IMG/VR virus record: IMGVR_UViG_3300025154_000076
Coordinates: 8,080 to 72,079 of that record
Reading direction: 5' to 3' (one strand)
Source of the DNA: a virus
DNA: 64,000 bases
Shown piece after piece: positions 41,105 to 51,052 of this stretch (position 1 is the first letter of the stretch; each line of letters begins with the position of its first letter). The translations under genes and the position numbers were made by a program. The notes beneath the pieces were generated by a model. The model saw nothing but the letters and a program-made list of their open reading frames with translations. It searched no databases and was not told where the DNA came from.

Positions 41105-42234
41105 ATCACTCTTTTTAATATTGTTAACCCATTATTGTTTGTAAAAATCTTATCAACAACCCAATGTTTATTTTCTTCCATAAATTCATCTATTGCCTTT
41201 TTTAACCCAAATCCACCACCACCTGAATTATGCCATCCATAGGTTTGTGTGTCATGCATGATAATATATTTTCTTGCCTTGTTACCATGAAGTGTAAGTT
41301 CGGCTTTCAACTGCCTGTACACATGCCATGTATCAATAAACAAAAGGTCTGTTTCCTCTATTTCAATGTCCAGTGTACTTGCCTGAATAAACTTAAAATC
41401 AATAATGGGTTTCACAATATCATACACCTGGTTAATATTACTGCCATATTCTTTAGGGTCTGTTTTATCTATTGAAATCATTTTTTTAGGATACCCTGCT
41501 AATAATCCCCATGTTGAATTTATTTTCCATACTCCTAATTCTGTTATATGGTTACATTCTAAGGCATATTGTCTAAGTGTATAAATATGTTCGTTAATAT
41601 CTCCTTTTGTATTACAGCGATTGACATATTTTTCCTCAATCTCTTTTTTGGGAATAATATATTTGTGGTCAATATTTTTTAAATACCCTCGCTGAATATC
41701 TATCTGGTGTTTGTAATTAATATTTTCTTTAACAATATCTGTTTTAGTATCAACCCCTGTATATTTACCTATTAATGAATCAAAACAAAAGAATACCAAT
41801 TTAGAGCAACCCATGTATCCTGCCAATTTAATACATGATAATGCAGAAAAATCAGTGGGTTTCAATCCTAATTCAATATTATCAAACACATATCTTGGTT
41901 TGTAGGTGTCAAAACATTTTTCTGATTCATGTTTATGTACCAATAATGTTGCAGGATAAGGGTTCACTGTTCTTAGGTTGCAATTATTACAATCGGGATA
42001 AACACAATCAACCTCTATTAATTGATTAGCAACAATTGATTTATGATACCCATCCTTTTGCATAGAATAAACATCATTATCCAAATTCAATTCGTTTACC
42101 TTATTTATTGCATAGTTAATGGCTATTACAACCCCTTCTTTAAAATGTTCTTTTTTAAGTTCTCTTATGCTTTCTCCCCTGCCTACTATATAGCAAGTTT
42201 GACCCTTGTATTTGTTTTTTAAATCTTTCATCAA
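41101..42234 (-). CDS. fusion: Maf/DUF115-like transferase plus class I SAM methyltransferase
   Basis: YKGQTCYIVGRGES...IAIN...MGCSKLVFFCFD at the N-terminus; ITELGV...LLFIDTWHVY...IIMHDT at the C-terminus. Confidence 0.7.
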   Translation of the reverse strand: MMKDLKNKYKGQTCYIVGRGESIRELKKEHFKEGVVIAINYAINKVNELNLDNDVYSMQKDGYHKSIVANQLIEVDCVYPDCNNCNLRTVNPYPATLLVHKHESEKCFDTYKPRYVFDNIELGLKPTDFSALSCIKLAGYMGCSKLVFFCFDSLIGKYTGVDTKTDIVKENINYKHQIDIQRGYLKNIDHKYIIPKKEIEEKYVNRCNTKGDINEHIYTLRQYALECNHITELGVWKINSTWGLLAGYPKKMISIDKTDPKEYGSNINQVYDIVKPIIDFKFIQASTLDIEIEETDLLFIDTWHVYRQLKAELTLHGNKARKYIIMHDTQTYGWHNSGGGGFGLKKAIDEFMEENKHWVVDKIFTNNNGLTILKRVI

Positions 42235-42803
42235 TTATGTACGAATAAACAATGATTTATTTTAAGTTGTTGTTCTTCCGGGAATGTTTTCTTAAATGCT
42301 TCTATAAAATATCCATCGGCTGCATATTTTGTCCCTAATGGAATTTGTTTAGCTAAGTCTATTCTTGTGGCAAATGAACCCATGTCTATTCTGCCAATAC
42401 AAGGTACACTATCAAAAAAACAATACCCTCCATGAGAATGAACCATTTTCCAATAAATTAATCCAGGGTTATTATTGTTCTTTGCATGTGTTATAATCCA
42501 GTCCACACATACAGGAACATAATAATTGTCATCTCCGGTCATTATCACATAATCAGCATCACTCATTTGTTTTCCGTATTCTCTTGGTGTATGCCCCCAA
42601 TCATTATATTGCTTTCCCATGTATGAGAAATAAATACGATAATCATTAAATGATTTTACTATTTGTTCTGCCTTATTTTCATTTACATCATCAATAACCA
42701 CATGAGCTTTCCAATTAGGATTGTTTTGGTTTATCAATGAATATAACATGGTGAATAATGGGTTCACCCTATTGAATGTAGGAATAATAAATTCTATTGT
42801 CAT
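42231..42803 (-). CDS. glycosyltransferase family 2
   Basis: FIIPTFNR, VVID, MTGDDNYY. Confidence 0.85.
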   Translation of the reverse strand: MTIEFIIPTFNRVNPLFTMLYSLINQNNPNWKAHVVIDDVNENKAEQIVKSFNDYRIYFSYMGKQYNDWGHTPREYGKQMSDADYVIMTGDDNYYVPVCVDWIITHAKNNNNPGLIYWKMVHSHGGYCFFDSVPCIGRIDMGSFATRIDLAKQIPLGTKYAADGYFIEAFKKTFPEEQQLKINHCLFVHN

Positions 42804-43552
42804 TTTTTTGCAATATAATCTTTAAGCATCTTTTCATAGTTATAATTCCAATGAGGTAATAACCCTATATCTCCAGTAGGGATTTTACCCTGTAACCTAA
42901 GATGTTCAATATGTCTTTTATGACGTTCCACAACCTGATCCTGTTCTGGTCTACCTTGATCTGATCCTAATCCTGACATGTGATACGATACACCCCAATT
43001 ATAAAAATAACTAACATCTTTATTTTCAGGTGATGCTTTTGCTACCTTACCACCTGCTGCATGTATTTTTGAAATAAATCTTGAATCATATCCTGCATTA
43101 TAGTGGTCGTGTTTACCCACTTTCTCCCAAATTTCTTTTGTATAAACTATTCCTGCATTGCCAATAGAATGTATGGCTTTAATTTCTTTACTAACCATAG
43201 CGACAGAATTTTGCCAATGCAAAAGGTCATATCCGGGAAAATATTTATTAATGTTATCGGAATGATTTGGAAGGAAAATATCATCGTCATCTGCGATCGC
43301 TATTGTGTTATATTTACAATTCTCTACTGTAAAATTTTCTTTTTGGCCAATAGTCTTAAATGTTTCTTTCAGATTTATAATGCGAATTTTAGGATGATCG
43401 AAATATAATGTCTGTTTTTCATAATCATTGACAATAAGCATTTCACTTTCTCCTTCATATTCTTGCCTAAGAAATGATTCTATTGCTTCTTCTAATAAGT
43501 TAACTCTACCATAGGTAATAGTTTTATAAGAAATTGATATTGGATTTTCCAT
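42800..43552 (-). CDS. glycosyltransferase family 2
   Basis: ITYGRVNLLEEAIESFLRQEY, IVND, IADDDDIFLP, GYD. Confidence 0.85.
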   Translation of the reverse strand: MENPISISYKTITYGRVNLLEEAIESFLRQEYEGESEMLIVNDYEKQTLYFDHPKIRIINLKETFKTIGQKENFTVENCKYNTIAIADDDDIFLPNHSDNINKYFPGYDLLHWQNSVAMVSKEIKAIHSIGNAGIVYTKEIWEKVGKHDHYNAGYDSRFISKIHAAGGKVAKASPENKDVSYFYNWGVSYHMSGLGSDQGRPEQDQVVERHKRHIEHLRLQGKIPTGDIGLLPHWNYNYEKMLKDYIAKK

Positions 43553-43565
43553 TATTGTGTGTGTC

Positions 43566-43615
43566 TAAAAAAATAAAATAAAAGAATAAGGGGTTCTGTG
43601 TGAAACCCCTTATCC
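43566..43615 (-). terminator. intrinsic terminator
   Basis: GAATAAGGGGTT...AACCCCTTATCC hairpin, T-rich tail on minus strand. Confidence 0.6.
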
Positions 43616-43625
43616 GAGTTGTTTA

Positions 43626-44156
43626 CTAAGCACCTGCCGTTGTTGTTGTGGTGGTGGTTGAAGTTGTTGTTGTTGTAGTGGTGGTTGTAGATGTAGTAGT
43701 TACATCACCAGACAATACCGTTAACTCTAACAACGAATGATTAACCTTATACCTTCTTTTCACTGACTTAATACCAGGTCTTTCGTCATATTCAACATAT
43801 GATTTCAGTGCATTGTCAGGGTCAGCCCAGGCAATGATAAAATTATCCTGTTGAACAACCAATGTTTTCACATAAGCTTTACCCTTTCTTTCCAAAAGGT
43901 TCATTGACATAACCTCTCCTTTGTCGGTATTTGACATATATCCGCTTGCCCCTGCTACCGCAGCATAGGTATCATCGAGCAGATAACTATCTACATGGTT
44001 TAAATCCCTATACCAGATAAGGCAGTCGGCCCCTGATGCTTGGGTTTCACATGAGATGATCCTTCCTGAATTTAAAACCCTTGTTTCCGAACCATCGCCA
44101 AAGGTCTTTCCATTCTTTTCTTTAACTGTTGCTTGAAATAAATTTTGTGCAGCCAT
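43626..44156 (-). CDS. putative virion decoration protein with poly-Thr tail
   Basis: first gene of late region, own -7 box and terminator; ends VTTTSTTTTTTTTTSTTTTTTTAGA. Confidence 0.55.
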   Translation of the reverse strand: MAAQNLFQATVKEKNGKTFGDGSETRVLNSGRIISCETQASGADCLIWYRDLNHVDSYLLDDTYAAVAGASGYMSNTDKGEVMSMNLLERKGKAYVKTLVVQQDNFIIAWADPDNALKSYVEYDERPGIKSVKRRYKVNHSLLELTVLSGDVTTTSTTTTTTTTTSTTTTTTTAGA

Positions 44157-44183
44157 CTTTAATTACTTTAAATTAATACTATT

Positions 44184-44191
44184 CAAATATA
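44184..44191 (-). promoter_or_regulatory. Bacteroidota-type -7 box (late region)
   Basis: minus-strand TATATTTG upstream of 44156. Confidence 0.5.
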
Positions 44192-44313
44192 ACATTAATT
44201 TTTCAATGTTTGAAACCCCTTATTTTCCCATTCTTTTTTGTATATTGCACCTGAATTTCTCGACTAATTTTTTTATGTTAAATCCCTGCCATAAACTTTT
44301 GGTGGGGATTTTT

Positions 44314-44344
44314 TTTGTTATTTGTTTTTTTTGACTTATTTTTG
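44314..44344 (+). promoter_or_regulatory. Bacteroidota sigma promoter
   Basis: TTTG-N19-TATTTTTG. Confidence 0.5.
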
Positions 44345-44441
44345 AAGCAAATAATTATTTGAGCAATGCATAAATCACAAAACATAAATCACACATTAAA
44401 GACACGTTCTTTGTCATTTGCTCAAATAATTAAAGAACTAC

Positions 44442-44485
44442 AACCCCTTGAACATACAACTAATGTTCAGGGGTTTTTTGTTTTC
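44442..44485 (+). terminator. intrinsic terminator/attenuator in leader
   Basis: AACCCCTTGAACAT...ATGTTCAGGGGTT followed by T-run. Confidence 0.6.
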
Positions 44486-44493
44486 ACAAATAG

Positions 44494-45306
44494 TTGTCTA
44501 TGAAAGAGATACCAAACATAGCAACATTAAGAATAGATGTTAAAGAATTTAACAGGCATGATAGCACCAAAAGAAATGCTATAATCTACTACTACTACCT
44601 AATGTCCTTATATCGGAAATCAATAATCTACAACTGGTCATACAAAAGGCTTTCCGAAATAACAGGTTTACACCGGACAACCATAAGCGGATACATAAAA
44701 TTTTTAAAACGATATAATTTTATAGAACAACAAGGCAATCATCTTGTGCTTAAAATAAGGCGAGATGAATATGCTAAAACTAAAGTAAAGAAAGGATTAT
44801 CATGGAAGGAATTTAAAGAACTATTTAGTATTAAGCTGTTAAAGATTAATATACAACAGCAAGAGTTTATTATTAGAATGAAAAGAATTTATCAAAAGAA
44901 AAATTCATTTGTAAGTCGAAAAGAATACAAAGCATTCTTGAAATTTTACAAAAAAAATAAAAAGAAAATTAAATTAGAAGATAAATCGAATTCTGTAATA
45001 ACTCATTCAACACGATCATTAGCAAAATTGTTTAAACTCTCCGCTTCAACAGTAGGTGTATTATTAAAACAATGGAAAAAAGCAAAAAAAATAGATTATA
45101 AAGAAGAATTATCATTAATTAAAGAAAATTGTTCTTATGATGAATATAGATTAATGTTAAGTTCATTTAATAAGAATCAACTTTCTTTCTTTCCTGTATA
45201 TAATGATTATTCTATATTCTTACATAAGGGTATATCTATTTCCTTGCTTAACACATATGGAGAGAATATAAGTATGTACAAAAAACCGACACGACATGTA
45301 AAATGA
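44494..45306 (+). CDS. basic protein with two winged-HTH motifs
   Basis: SYKRLSEITGLHRTTISGYIKFL and STRSLAKLFKLSASTVGVLLKQW. Confidence 0.6.
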   Translation: MSMKEIPNIATLRIDVKEFNRHDSTKRNAIIYYYYLMSLYRKSIIYNWSYKRLSEITGLHRTTISGYIKFLKRYNFIEQQGNHLVLKIRRDEYAKTKVKKGLSWKEFKELFSIKLLKINIQQQEFIIRMKRIYQKKNSFVSRKEYKAFLKFYKKNKKKIKLEDKSNSVITHSTRSLAKLFKLSASTVGVLLKQWKKAKKIDYKEELSLIKENCSYDEYRLMLSSFNKNQLSFFPVYNDYSIFLHKGISISLLNTYGENISMYKKPTRHVK

Positions 45307-45848
45307 ACAATCAGGATAATTTTTTAAGAATTTTCACTGACGGATCTTGTTTAACAAATCCGGGCAGAGGAGGATGGGCATTTGTTGTTCTGACAAAAGA
45401 CTATGATCTCCTGGATAATGGGTCAGGAAATGTTTATTACACTACCAATAACCGTATGGAATTAACAGCAGTGATTAAGGGTATTCAATTTTGTATCCAC
45501 AATTATCCTGAATACAAAAGATATATTATTTATTCCGACAGCACCTACGTTGTGGATGGCATTGAGGGGTGGATGAAAGGATGGGCTGAGAAAAAATGGA
45601 ATGGTGTTAAAAACACAGATTTGTGGAAACAGGTACACAGGCTCAAATTTGTGGATAACCTAAACATCAGGGCAAAACATGTAAGAGGGCATAGTGGTAA
45701 TATACACAATGAGATGGCTGATGAATTAGCCGGAATAGCAGCAAGAAGGGAAATGCCTAATCTTCCAAGACTAACCCCTTTAGAGGAGAGAATGGCAATG
45801 GATGAAAGTAGGAATTTGGATATGGAATTCATGAGAAGATTGTTATGA
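45303..45848 (+). CDS. rnhA: ribonuclease HI
   Basis: IFTDGSC.NPG.GGW, TTNNRMEL, YSDSTYV, VKNTDLW, HVRGHSG..HNEMADELA. Confidence 0.95.
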   Translation: MNNQDNFLRIFTDGSCLTNPGRGGWAFVVLTKDYDLLDNGSGNVYYTTNNRMELTAVIKGIQFCIHNYPEYKRYIIYSDSTYVVDGIEGWMKGWAEKKWNGVKNTDLWKQVHRLKFVDNLNIRAKHVRGHSGNIHNEMADELAGIAARREMPNLPRLTPLEERMAMDESRNLDMEFMRRLL

Positions 45849-45877
45849 TTTAACCCTTTCTTTTCGTATTTTTAAAG

Positions 45878-46129
45878 ATGAATAACCTTAATCTTTTTAC
45901 TATGTTTATCACTAATAATTGGATTGAAGAACACTATCCACTAATCGAGGAATCCCTCCTTACAGCACTCAAACAAAACCCTGACATTCCCACAGACAAG
46001 ATTTCTTTTCGCAAAAACGTAAAGACAGCTCGATTTGTCTATAATGAGGGGGTTGAACATGAGGATGAAAAGACCCTTTTAATTTTTAGTCTTGACAAAT
46101 ATCCTGTAAGGCTTGTGGATTCTAATTGA
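45878..46129 (+). CDS. hypothetical protein
   Basis: 83-aa ORF. Confidence 0.55.
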   Translation: MNNLNLFTMFITNNWIEEHYPLIEESLLTALKQNPDIPTDKISFRKNVKTARFVYNEGVEHEDEKTLLIFSLDKYPVRLVDSN

Positions 46130-46140
46130 CACAGCTATAA

Positions 46141-46240
46141 AGCGGAATGTTGAAAATGTAGTTTTTCATAGCATTGGTTAATAACAATGTGATTTTTGTT
46201 AATAAATAGATTTTCACCTCAACATTCCGTTTTTTTTTTT
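46141..46240 (+). terminator. long hairpin with T-run
   Basis: GCGGAATGTTGA...TCAACATTCCGT followed by a long T-run. Confidence 0.55.
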
Positions 46241-46322
46241 AACTTTTTTGATAAAACATTTGGAAATTAATAATTTTTACCATTACTTAGCATCTTTAAA
46301 TATTAATTAATCAATTTAAACT

Positions 46323-46508
46323 ATGGCAAAAAAGAAAGATAAGTTAGCAGAGGGCAGGTCAACATCATTTGATCCAGACCTGTTAATAAAGATTGAGCAA
46401 CAGGCTAAAGAAGAAGGAAGGACATTTAGTGGGATGGTAAACTTTATGGCATTAAAATATTTGAAAGATATATTTTCGGAAAAACAAAATCAAAATAAAG
46501 GGATGTAA
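46323..46508 (+). CDS. ribbon-helix-helix DNA-binding protein
   Basis: [27 protein letters not shown] (Arc/CopG-like). Confidence 0.7.
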   Translation: MAKKKDKLAEGRSTSFDPDLLIKIEQQAKEEGRTFSGMVNFMALKYLKDIFSEKQNQNKGM

Positions 46509-46534
46509 AAATTAAGGATAAAACGAAAAATAAA

Positions 46535-46963
46535 ATGGAAACAGGAATTGAACAACTTTTAGGCAAGACATTAACTGCCGTAGTAAAAAACAAAGACAAT
46601 GATGAAATCATTTTCACTGTTGATGATGGAACTGAATACAAAATGTATCATAGCCAAGATTGTTGCGAAAGTGTATTAATAGATGATATCAATGGTGACT
46701 TAAATGATTTAGTGGGTAGCCCTATTTTGGTTGCAGAAGAAAATAGTTCAAGTGAACATACGCCTGAACAATTAGCTGAAAAGGAAAAAGAAAAGCAAGA
46801 GAAAGGCGATGACTATGATAATTATGAAGAAAGTTTCACTTGGACATTCTACAAATTAGCAACCATAAAAGGATACGTTGACATTCGTTGGTACGGTTCA
46901 TCAAACGGCTATTATTCGGAGGGTGTAGATTTCATAAAAATTGGTTCGGAGAACGATTGGTAG
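46535..46963 (+). CDS. conserved phage hypothetical protein
   Basis: [11 protein letters not shown]...[25 protein letters not shown], a pattern I recognise from many phage proteins. Confidence 0.75.
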   Translation: METGIEQLLGKTLTAVVKNKDNDEIIFTVDDGTEYKMYHSQDCCESVLIDDINGDLNDLVGSPILVAEENSSSEHTPEQLAEKEKEKQEKGDDYDNYEESFTWTFYKLATIKGYVDIRWYGSSNGYYSEGVDFIKIGSENDW

Positions 46964-47066
46964 CTATTGACTGTAACTATGTTATAATGTCAGGTCAAAA
47001 AATTGCACCAAAAATTAATTCAAAATAAAGGGTTATAACCCATTATTCACATTAAAAACACATACC

Positions 47067-47273
47067 ATGAAAAACAAAATGAAAACAAAACAAGAACTTG
47101 GAAAAATATCATATTTTCTAAGAGGTGTAAGAAAACAAAGTGGTGGCCAGTCAGGAACAAGAAAATCCATAAGAAGGGTTTCCGGTATTCAGAGTTCACT
47201 TCCTTCATCCACTAAAATTGGTGGAGGTGATGCATACAGAATAAGAAATATCAGAATGACACAAAATAAATAA
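47067..47273 (+). CDS. small basic hypothetical protein
   Basis: 68-aa ORF. Confidence 0.45.
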   Translation: MKNKMKTKQELGKISYFLRGVRKQSGGQSGTRKSIRRVSGIQSSLPSSTKIGGGDAYRIRNIRMTQNK

Positions 47274-47275
47274 CA

Positions 47276-47370
47276 ACAAGTGTGGGCATGACTACAAATA
47301 AACAAAAGCTGGTTGGTTCCAAATTTCGGAGCAATTCGGAGGTCTTGGTTCGATTCTCGCCCACACTTGT
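47276..47370 (+). ncRNA. tRNA-like structured RNA (atypical)
   Basis: 12-bp closing stem ACAAGTGTGGGC/GCCCACACTTGT, GCAA-tetraloop hairpin, T-loop-like GGTTCGATTC; no clear D or anticodon arm. Confidence 0.35.
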
Positions 47371-47413
47371 ATCTTCTCAAAATAAAGGGTTCGATTTATT
47401 AACAATTAAATAT

Positions 47414-47944
47414 ATGAAAACTATGAAACTATTAGCAGACATCCTTGATGAACTAACACCTAATGAATTTTTTATCCTTGTCTTTGTGGCAAGAGAAGCA
47501 ACAAATGGTATAACCTATTTTTCAATGAGTGAAGCACAGAAAGTTTCAAAAATTGATGATGTAGAAGAAATAAAAAGATGTATTGATAGGCTTATTGAAC
47601 TTGAGTTTGTTGAATTCAGAGATGTGGAGGGTCAATACATTAAAATTAAAGTGATCAATAAAAAAATTAAACCTTCCAATTTAAGGCATAAACCCTTTAT
47701 TCCCCCAACGTTTGAGGAGATAAAAGCATACCTTGAAATGGTTAAGGTGAGAAATGGGTATGATATTCCACCGGAAAGGGTTTATGAATACTATGGTGAT
47801 AGTAATTGGATAGACAGCCAGGGTAATCCTGTAAAAAATTGGAAAGCCAAAATATTGAACAATTGGCTTAAGCCACAGTATAAGGTTAATACCAAAAATA
47901 ATAATGCTAAAGATAACACCTACAAACAGTGGGGCAAAGCCTAA
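47414..47944 (+). CDS. replication initiator/replisome organizer-like protein
   Basis: N-terminal wHTH and C-terminal FIPPTFEEIKAY...YEYY..SNW....PVKNWKA; upstream of DnaB; start reassigned from 47282 to ATG 47414. Confidence 0.65.
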   Translation: MKTMKLLADILDELTPNEFFILVFVAREATNGITYFSMSEAQKVSKIDDVEEIKRCIDRLIELEFVEFRDVEGQYIKIKVINKKIKPSNLRHKPFIPPTFEEIKAYLEMVKVRNGYDIPPERVYEYYGDSNWIDSQGNPVKNWKAKILNNWLKPQYKVNTKNNNAKDNTYKQWGKA

Positions 47945-48095
47945 ATAAAGGGTTCAAACTAAAATTTTACAACCATGTTTAAATTAGCTAAAATACTTAA
48001 TTACATATCCGAAAACAGGGATTGTGTTTACATTTTAATATTTGCCTTATTGGCTGTAATAGCTATTATTGCTGTTGTTTTTTATTCTATAAGTT

Positions 48096-48425
48096 ATGGT
48101 ACAAACCCCTTATAAATGGAATAAATACATAGCCAATAAGGGCAAATGTGATTTCTGTGGGGTAAAGAGGGATTATTATAACTGCCGGATAACAACAGAT
48201 GGGTTTCTTGCTTGTCGCACCTGTTATAATAATAAAGGGTCAAAAACAGTGGAGGAGTTCAGGGAATATATAAGGGGTTGCATCCGCAAACTTAAAAACA
48301 GGAGGATGCCACCGGAATACAGGATAGCCTCACGCTATGGAGCTGCAACACATAACCATTATTTTCTATTCTCTTTTGAAAGAAAACTAAAAAAAGCAAA
48401 AGAAAAACTCAGGAACAAAAAATGA
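48096..48425 (+). CDS. HNH-like Zn-finger protein (possibly degenerate)
   Basis: CDFCG...ACRTCYNNKGSKTVEEFR; lacks the usual DH motif. Confidence 0.55.
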   Translation: MVQTPYKWNKYIANKGKCDFCGVKRDYYNCRITTDGFLACRTCYNNKGSKTVEEFREYIRGCIRKLKNRRMPPEYRIASRYGAATHNHYFLFSFERKLKKAKEKLRNKK

Positions 48426-49888
48426 AACAGGATTTACTCTCTATATTGGATTATGACAAGATACCTCCACAGGATATTGCAATGGAAGAAGCAGTGATTG
48501 GTGGGATATTAATAGAATCATTAGCATTTGATTTAGTGGTAGATATTTTAACCCCTGATTCATTTTATAAAGAAACCCATAAATTCATATATCAGACTAT
48601 ATTCAACCTCAACAAAAAAAACAAAGAGATTGATATTCTAACGGTAAAAGATGAACTTCAAAATAATGGGTTATTAGAAAAGATTGGTGGGGCATACTAC
48701 CTAACTACCTTAACACAAAGAACATCATCTATTGCCTCCATACAGGAATGGGCATTAAGGATAAAAGAAAAATACATACGAAGATTATTAATACAAAAAT
48801 CAACAGAAACAAGAGATTCAGCCTATGACGAAAGCAAGGACTTAGAACACACACTTGACATGCTTAATATTACGATTGATACTGTTAATAAAGAAACAAC
48901 AATCGGAACAGGATTAACCCATATATCCAGCATAGCTGTTAAAGCAAGCGAAGATTTAAACCATAAGATTGAAAAAGCCAATAGAGGAGAGGTTCTTGGT
49001 GTACCTACCGGACTTACAAAGCTTGATAGTATGACATTAGGGTGGTTGCCAGGGCTTCTTATTATCATTGCAGCCAGGCCTTCATTGGGTAAAACAGCCT
49101 TTATGATTAAATTCGCTAAGATAGCAGCTAAAAATGGGTATAAAGTGTTAATCTTCTCTATTGAGATGAATGAAATAAGTTTGGTTCATAGGCTGATTCT
49201 TTCTGAAACCACTGTTGACCATGAAAAATACAGATCAGGAAAAGGCATAACTGAAGATGAAATGATGCAAATAAAGGGTTCATCAAAAATCATTGCGGAT
49301 CTGCCTATTTACATTGATGATAATCCCTATGCCACAGTATCATATATGCGAAGCCATGCAAGAATAAGAAAGAAAGCAGGGGAATGTGATATGATCATGG
49401 TTGACTATTTACAAATTGTAACCCCACAAAAAGAAAAAGGCAGATCAAGGGATGAAGAAGTGGGAACCATTACCTCAGGGTTAAAAGCCATTGCCAAAGA
49501 ACTTAAAGTTCCGGTTATTGCCCTTGCTCAATTAGGAAGAAAAGTGGAGGACATGAAAGACAATAGACCCAAGCTTTCCACATTAAGAGAATCAGGAAAC
49601 ATAGAGGCTGATGCTGATATGGTATTGGGAATACACCGACCAAATTATTATGGTGATTTATTTATTGATGAATATGTAGGAGGTAGATCAATAAGTGTAT
49701 CTGCAATAAATAGGGGACATCTTATTGTACTTAAACATAGGGATGGGCCTGTGGGATATATCCCATTTTATTATTCCGATAATTTAGCAGTGATAGAAGA
49801 TGCGGATTATAAAGAAAGGGTTGCAGTAGATTATGACCCTGATACATATATTAAACCAGTGGGAGATGATGAAGATCTTCCTTTTTAA
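48422..49888 (+). CDS. dnaB: replicative DNA helicase
   Basis: PPQDIAMEEAVIG, AARPSLGKT, FSIEM, MVDYLQ, LAQLGR, LRESGNIEADAD, KHRDG. Confidence 0.97.
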   Translation: MKQDLLSILDYDKIPPQDIAMEEAVIGGILIESLAFDLVVDILTPDSFYKETHKFIYQTIFNLNKKNKEIDILTVKDELQNNGLLEKIGGAYYLTTLTQRTSSIASIQEWALRIKEKYIRRLLIQKSTETRDSAYDESKDLEHTLDMLNITIDTVNKETTIGTGLTHISSIAVKASEDLNHKIEKANRGEVLGVPTGLTKLDSMTLGWLPGLLIIIAARPSLGKTAFMIKFAKIAAKNGYKVLIFSIEMNEISLVHRLILSETTVDHEKYRSGKGITEDEMMQIKGSSKIIADLPIYIDDNPYATVSYMRSHARIRKKAGECDMIMVDYLQIVTPQKEKGRSRDEEVGTITSGLKAIAKELKVPVIALAQLGRKVEDMKDNRPKLSTLRESGNIEADADMVLGIHRPNYYGDLFIDEYVGGRSISVSAINRGHLIVLKHRDGPVGYIPFYYSDNLAVIEDADYKERVAVDYDPDTYIKPVGDDEDLPF

Positions 49889-49903
49889 ACCCATTATTCA
49901 AAC

Positions 49904-50278
49904 ATGATAAATTTTTTACTACATAAAGAAAACGCTAAATTCCTAAAGTTCCTGTATGATTGTCCAAAGGATAAATGGTTAACAATAAATAAGGGGTCAT
50001 ACAAACAATGGGATGAAATAATTGTTAAGATAATGAATAATGGGTTCTTTAGATTTGAGTGGATTTTTAATTTATCCCCGGAGCAGATGGTGATGATTGC
50101 AAAATTCTTCGAGATACCCCTTCCTGAATGGCATAAGGCAATACATAATGGGAAAATACATAAAGACAAGATGTTTGATGATGACAAAAAAAGACACCTG
50201 TATTTAACTATCAAAAAATTCATCTTTAAATTTTCTAAGGATAATACACAATTTATAAAAGAATCAGTTAAATTTTAA
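49904..50278 (+). CDS. hypothetical protein
   Basis: 124-aa ORF in co-oriented run. Confidence 0.6.
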   Translation: MINFLLHKENAKFLKFLYDCPKDKWLTINKGSYKQWDEIIVKIMNNGFFRFEWIFNLSPEQMVMIAKFFEIPLPEWHKAIHNGKIHKDKMFDDDKKRHLYLTIKKFIFKFSKDNTQFIKESVKF

Positions 50279-50282
50279 AAAC

Positions 50283-50861
50283 ATGGAACAAAAAATCAAA
50301 CCTGAAGAATTTTTTCTTTACAAAGGAAAGACCTATGTAGCCAGGATGGTTACAGACACAAAGGTGGTGGGTGTATTAAGACGATCATCAGAAACAAAAA
50401 CAGGGTTTATGGAATGTGATATTTCAGAAATAGAACGCCCTGTGCAGGTGATATGCAAAATGCTTGCGGTACCTTCAAAGCCAAAGAAAGGAGATATAAT
50501 CAGGGTATGGGCTAAAGGTTCTGATATACCCACTATCTCCCGAATGGTAATGCCAATAGAGAATAAGGGGTTTCTCGAAAATCATAAGGTAGAGAGATTG
50601 TTGCCTTTCTTTTTCGGATTGGAACACCGGGAAATACTCGAAGGAAGTTATTTTAGCTTATCACAATTTGCATTATCAGAATCAATGCACAAATGGCTAC
50701 TTGGAAAACCAACACCTGAAGGAGCAAAACATCTTAAAGATAATTACATAGTAGAGGTAGAATTTACTAAAGGAATGGTAGTGGTGCATAATGTGGAAGG
50801 GGAATCCATTCCTGTGATTAAAACTAATATCACCGACGGGGAAAATGAATGGTATGTGTAA
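50283..50861 (+). CDS. hypothetical protein
   Basis: 192-aa ORF. Confidence 0.65.
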   Translation: MEQKIKPEEFFLYKGKTYVARMVTDTKVVGVLRRSSETKTGFMECDISEIERPVQVICKMLAVPSKPKKGDIIRVWAKGSDIPTISRMVMPIENKGFLENHKVERLLPFFFGLEHREILEGSYFSLSQFALSESMHKWLLGKPTPEGAKHLKDNYIVEVEFTKGMVVVHNVEGESIPVIKTNITDGENEWYV

Positions 50862-51052
50862 CGTTTAGTATATGAAAAAAATTTATTTAACAACAAGGGC
50901 ATATCTCATTCAGTAGAATGGTTGAAATGCTAAATGAGGAGGCAAAACGTGAAATAACAGCAGAAGAAGCTGGATTATTTTCAAGACCTGAATGTGTTTG
51001 TGAACTACCCACACACTAAAAAGATGTGTGGGCTTCCTGCACAACGCATAGC

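Noticed and set aside
1701-43408. Numerous plus-strand ORFs antisense to late genes (e.g. 9074, 11099, 22338, 37354)
   Set aside because: Shadow ORFs with Ser/Phe/Leu-rich composition, overlapping well-supported minus-strand genes.
6910-44156. Stop-codon reassignment as in some crAss-like phages
   Set aside because: Late genes are full length and tightly packed under the standard code.
47282-47413. N-terminal extension of the initiator ORF from GTG 47282
   Set aside because: It overlaps a structured RNA-like element; ATG 47414 has a typical AT-rich leader.
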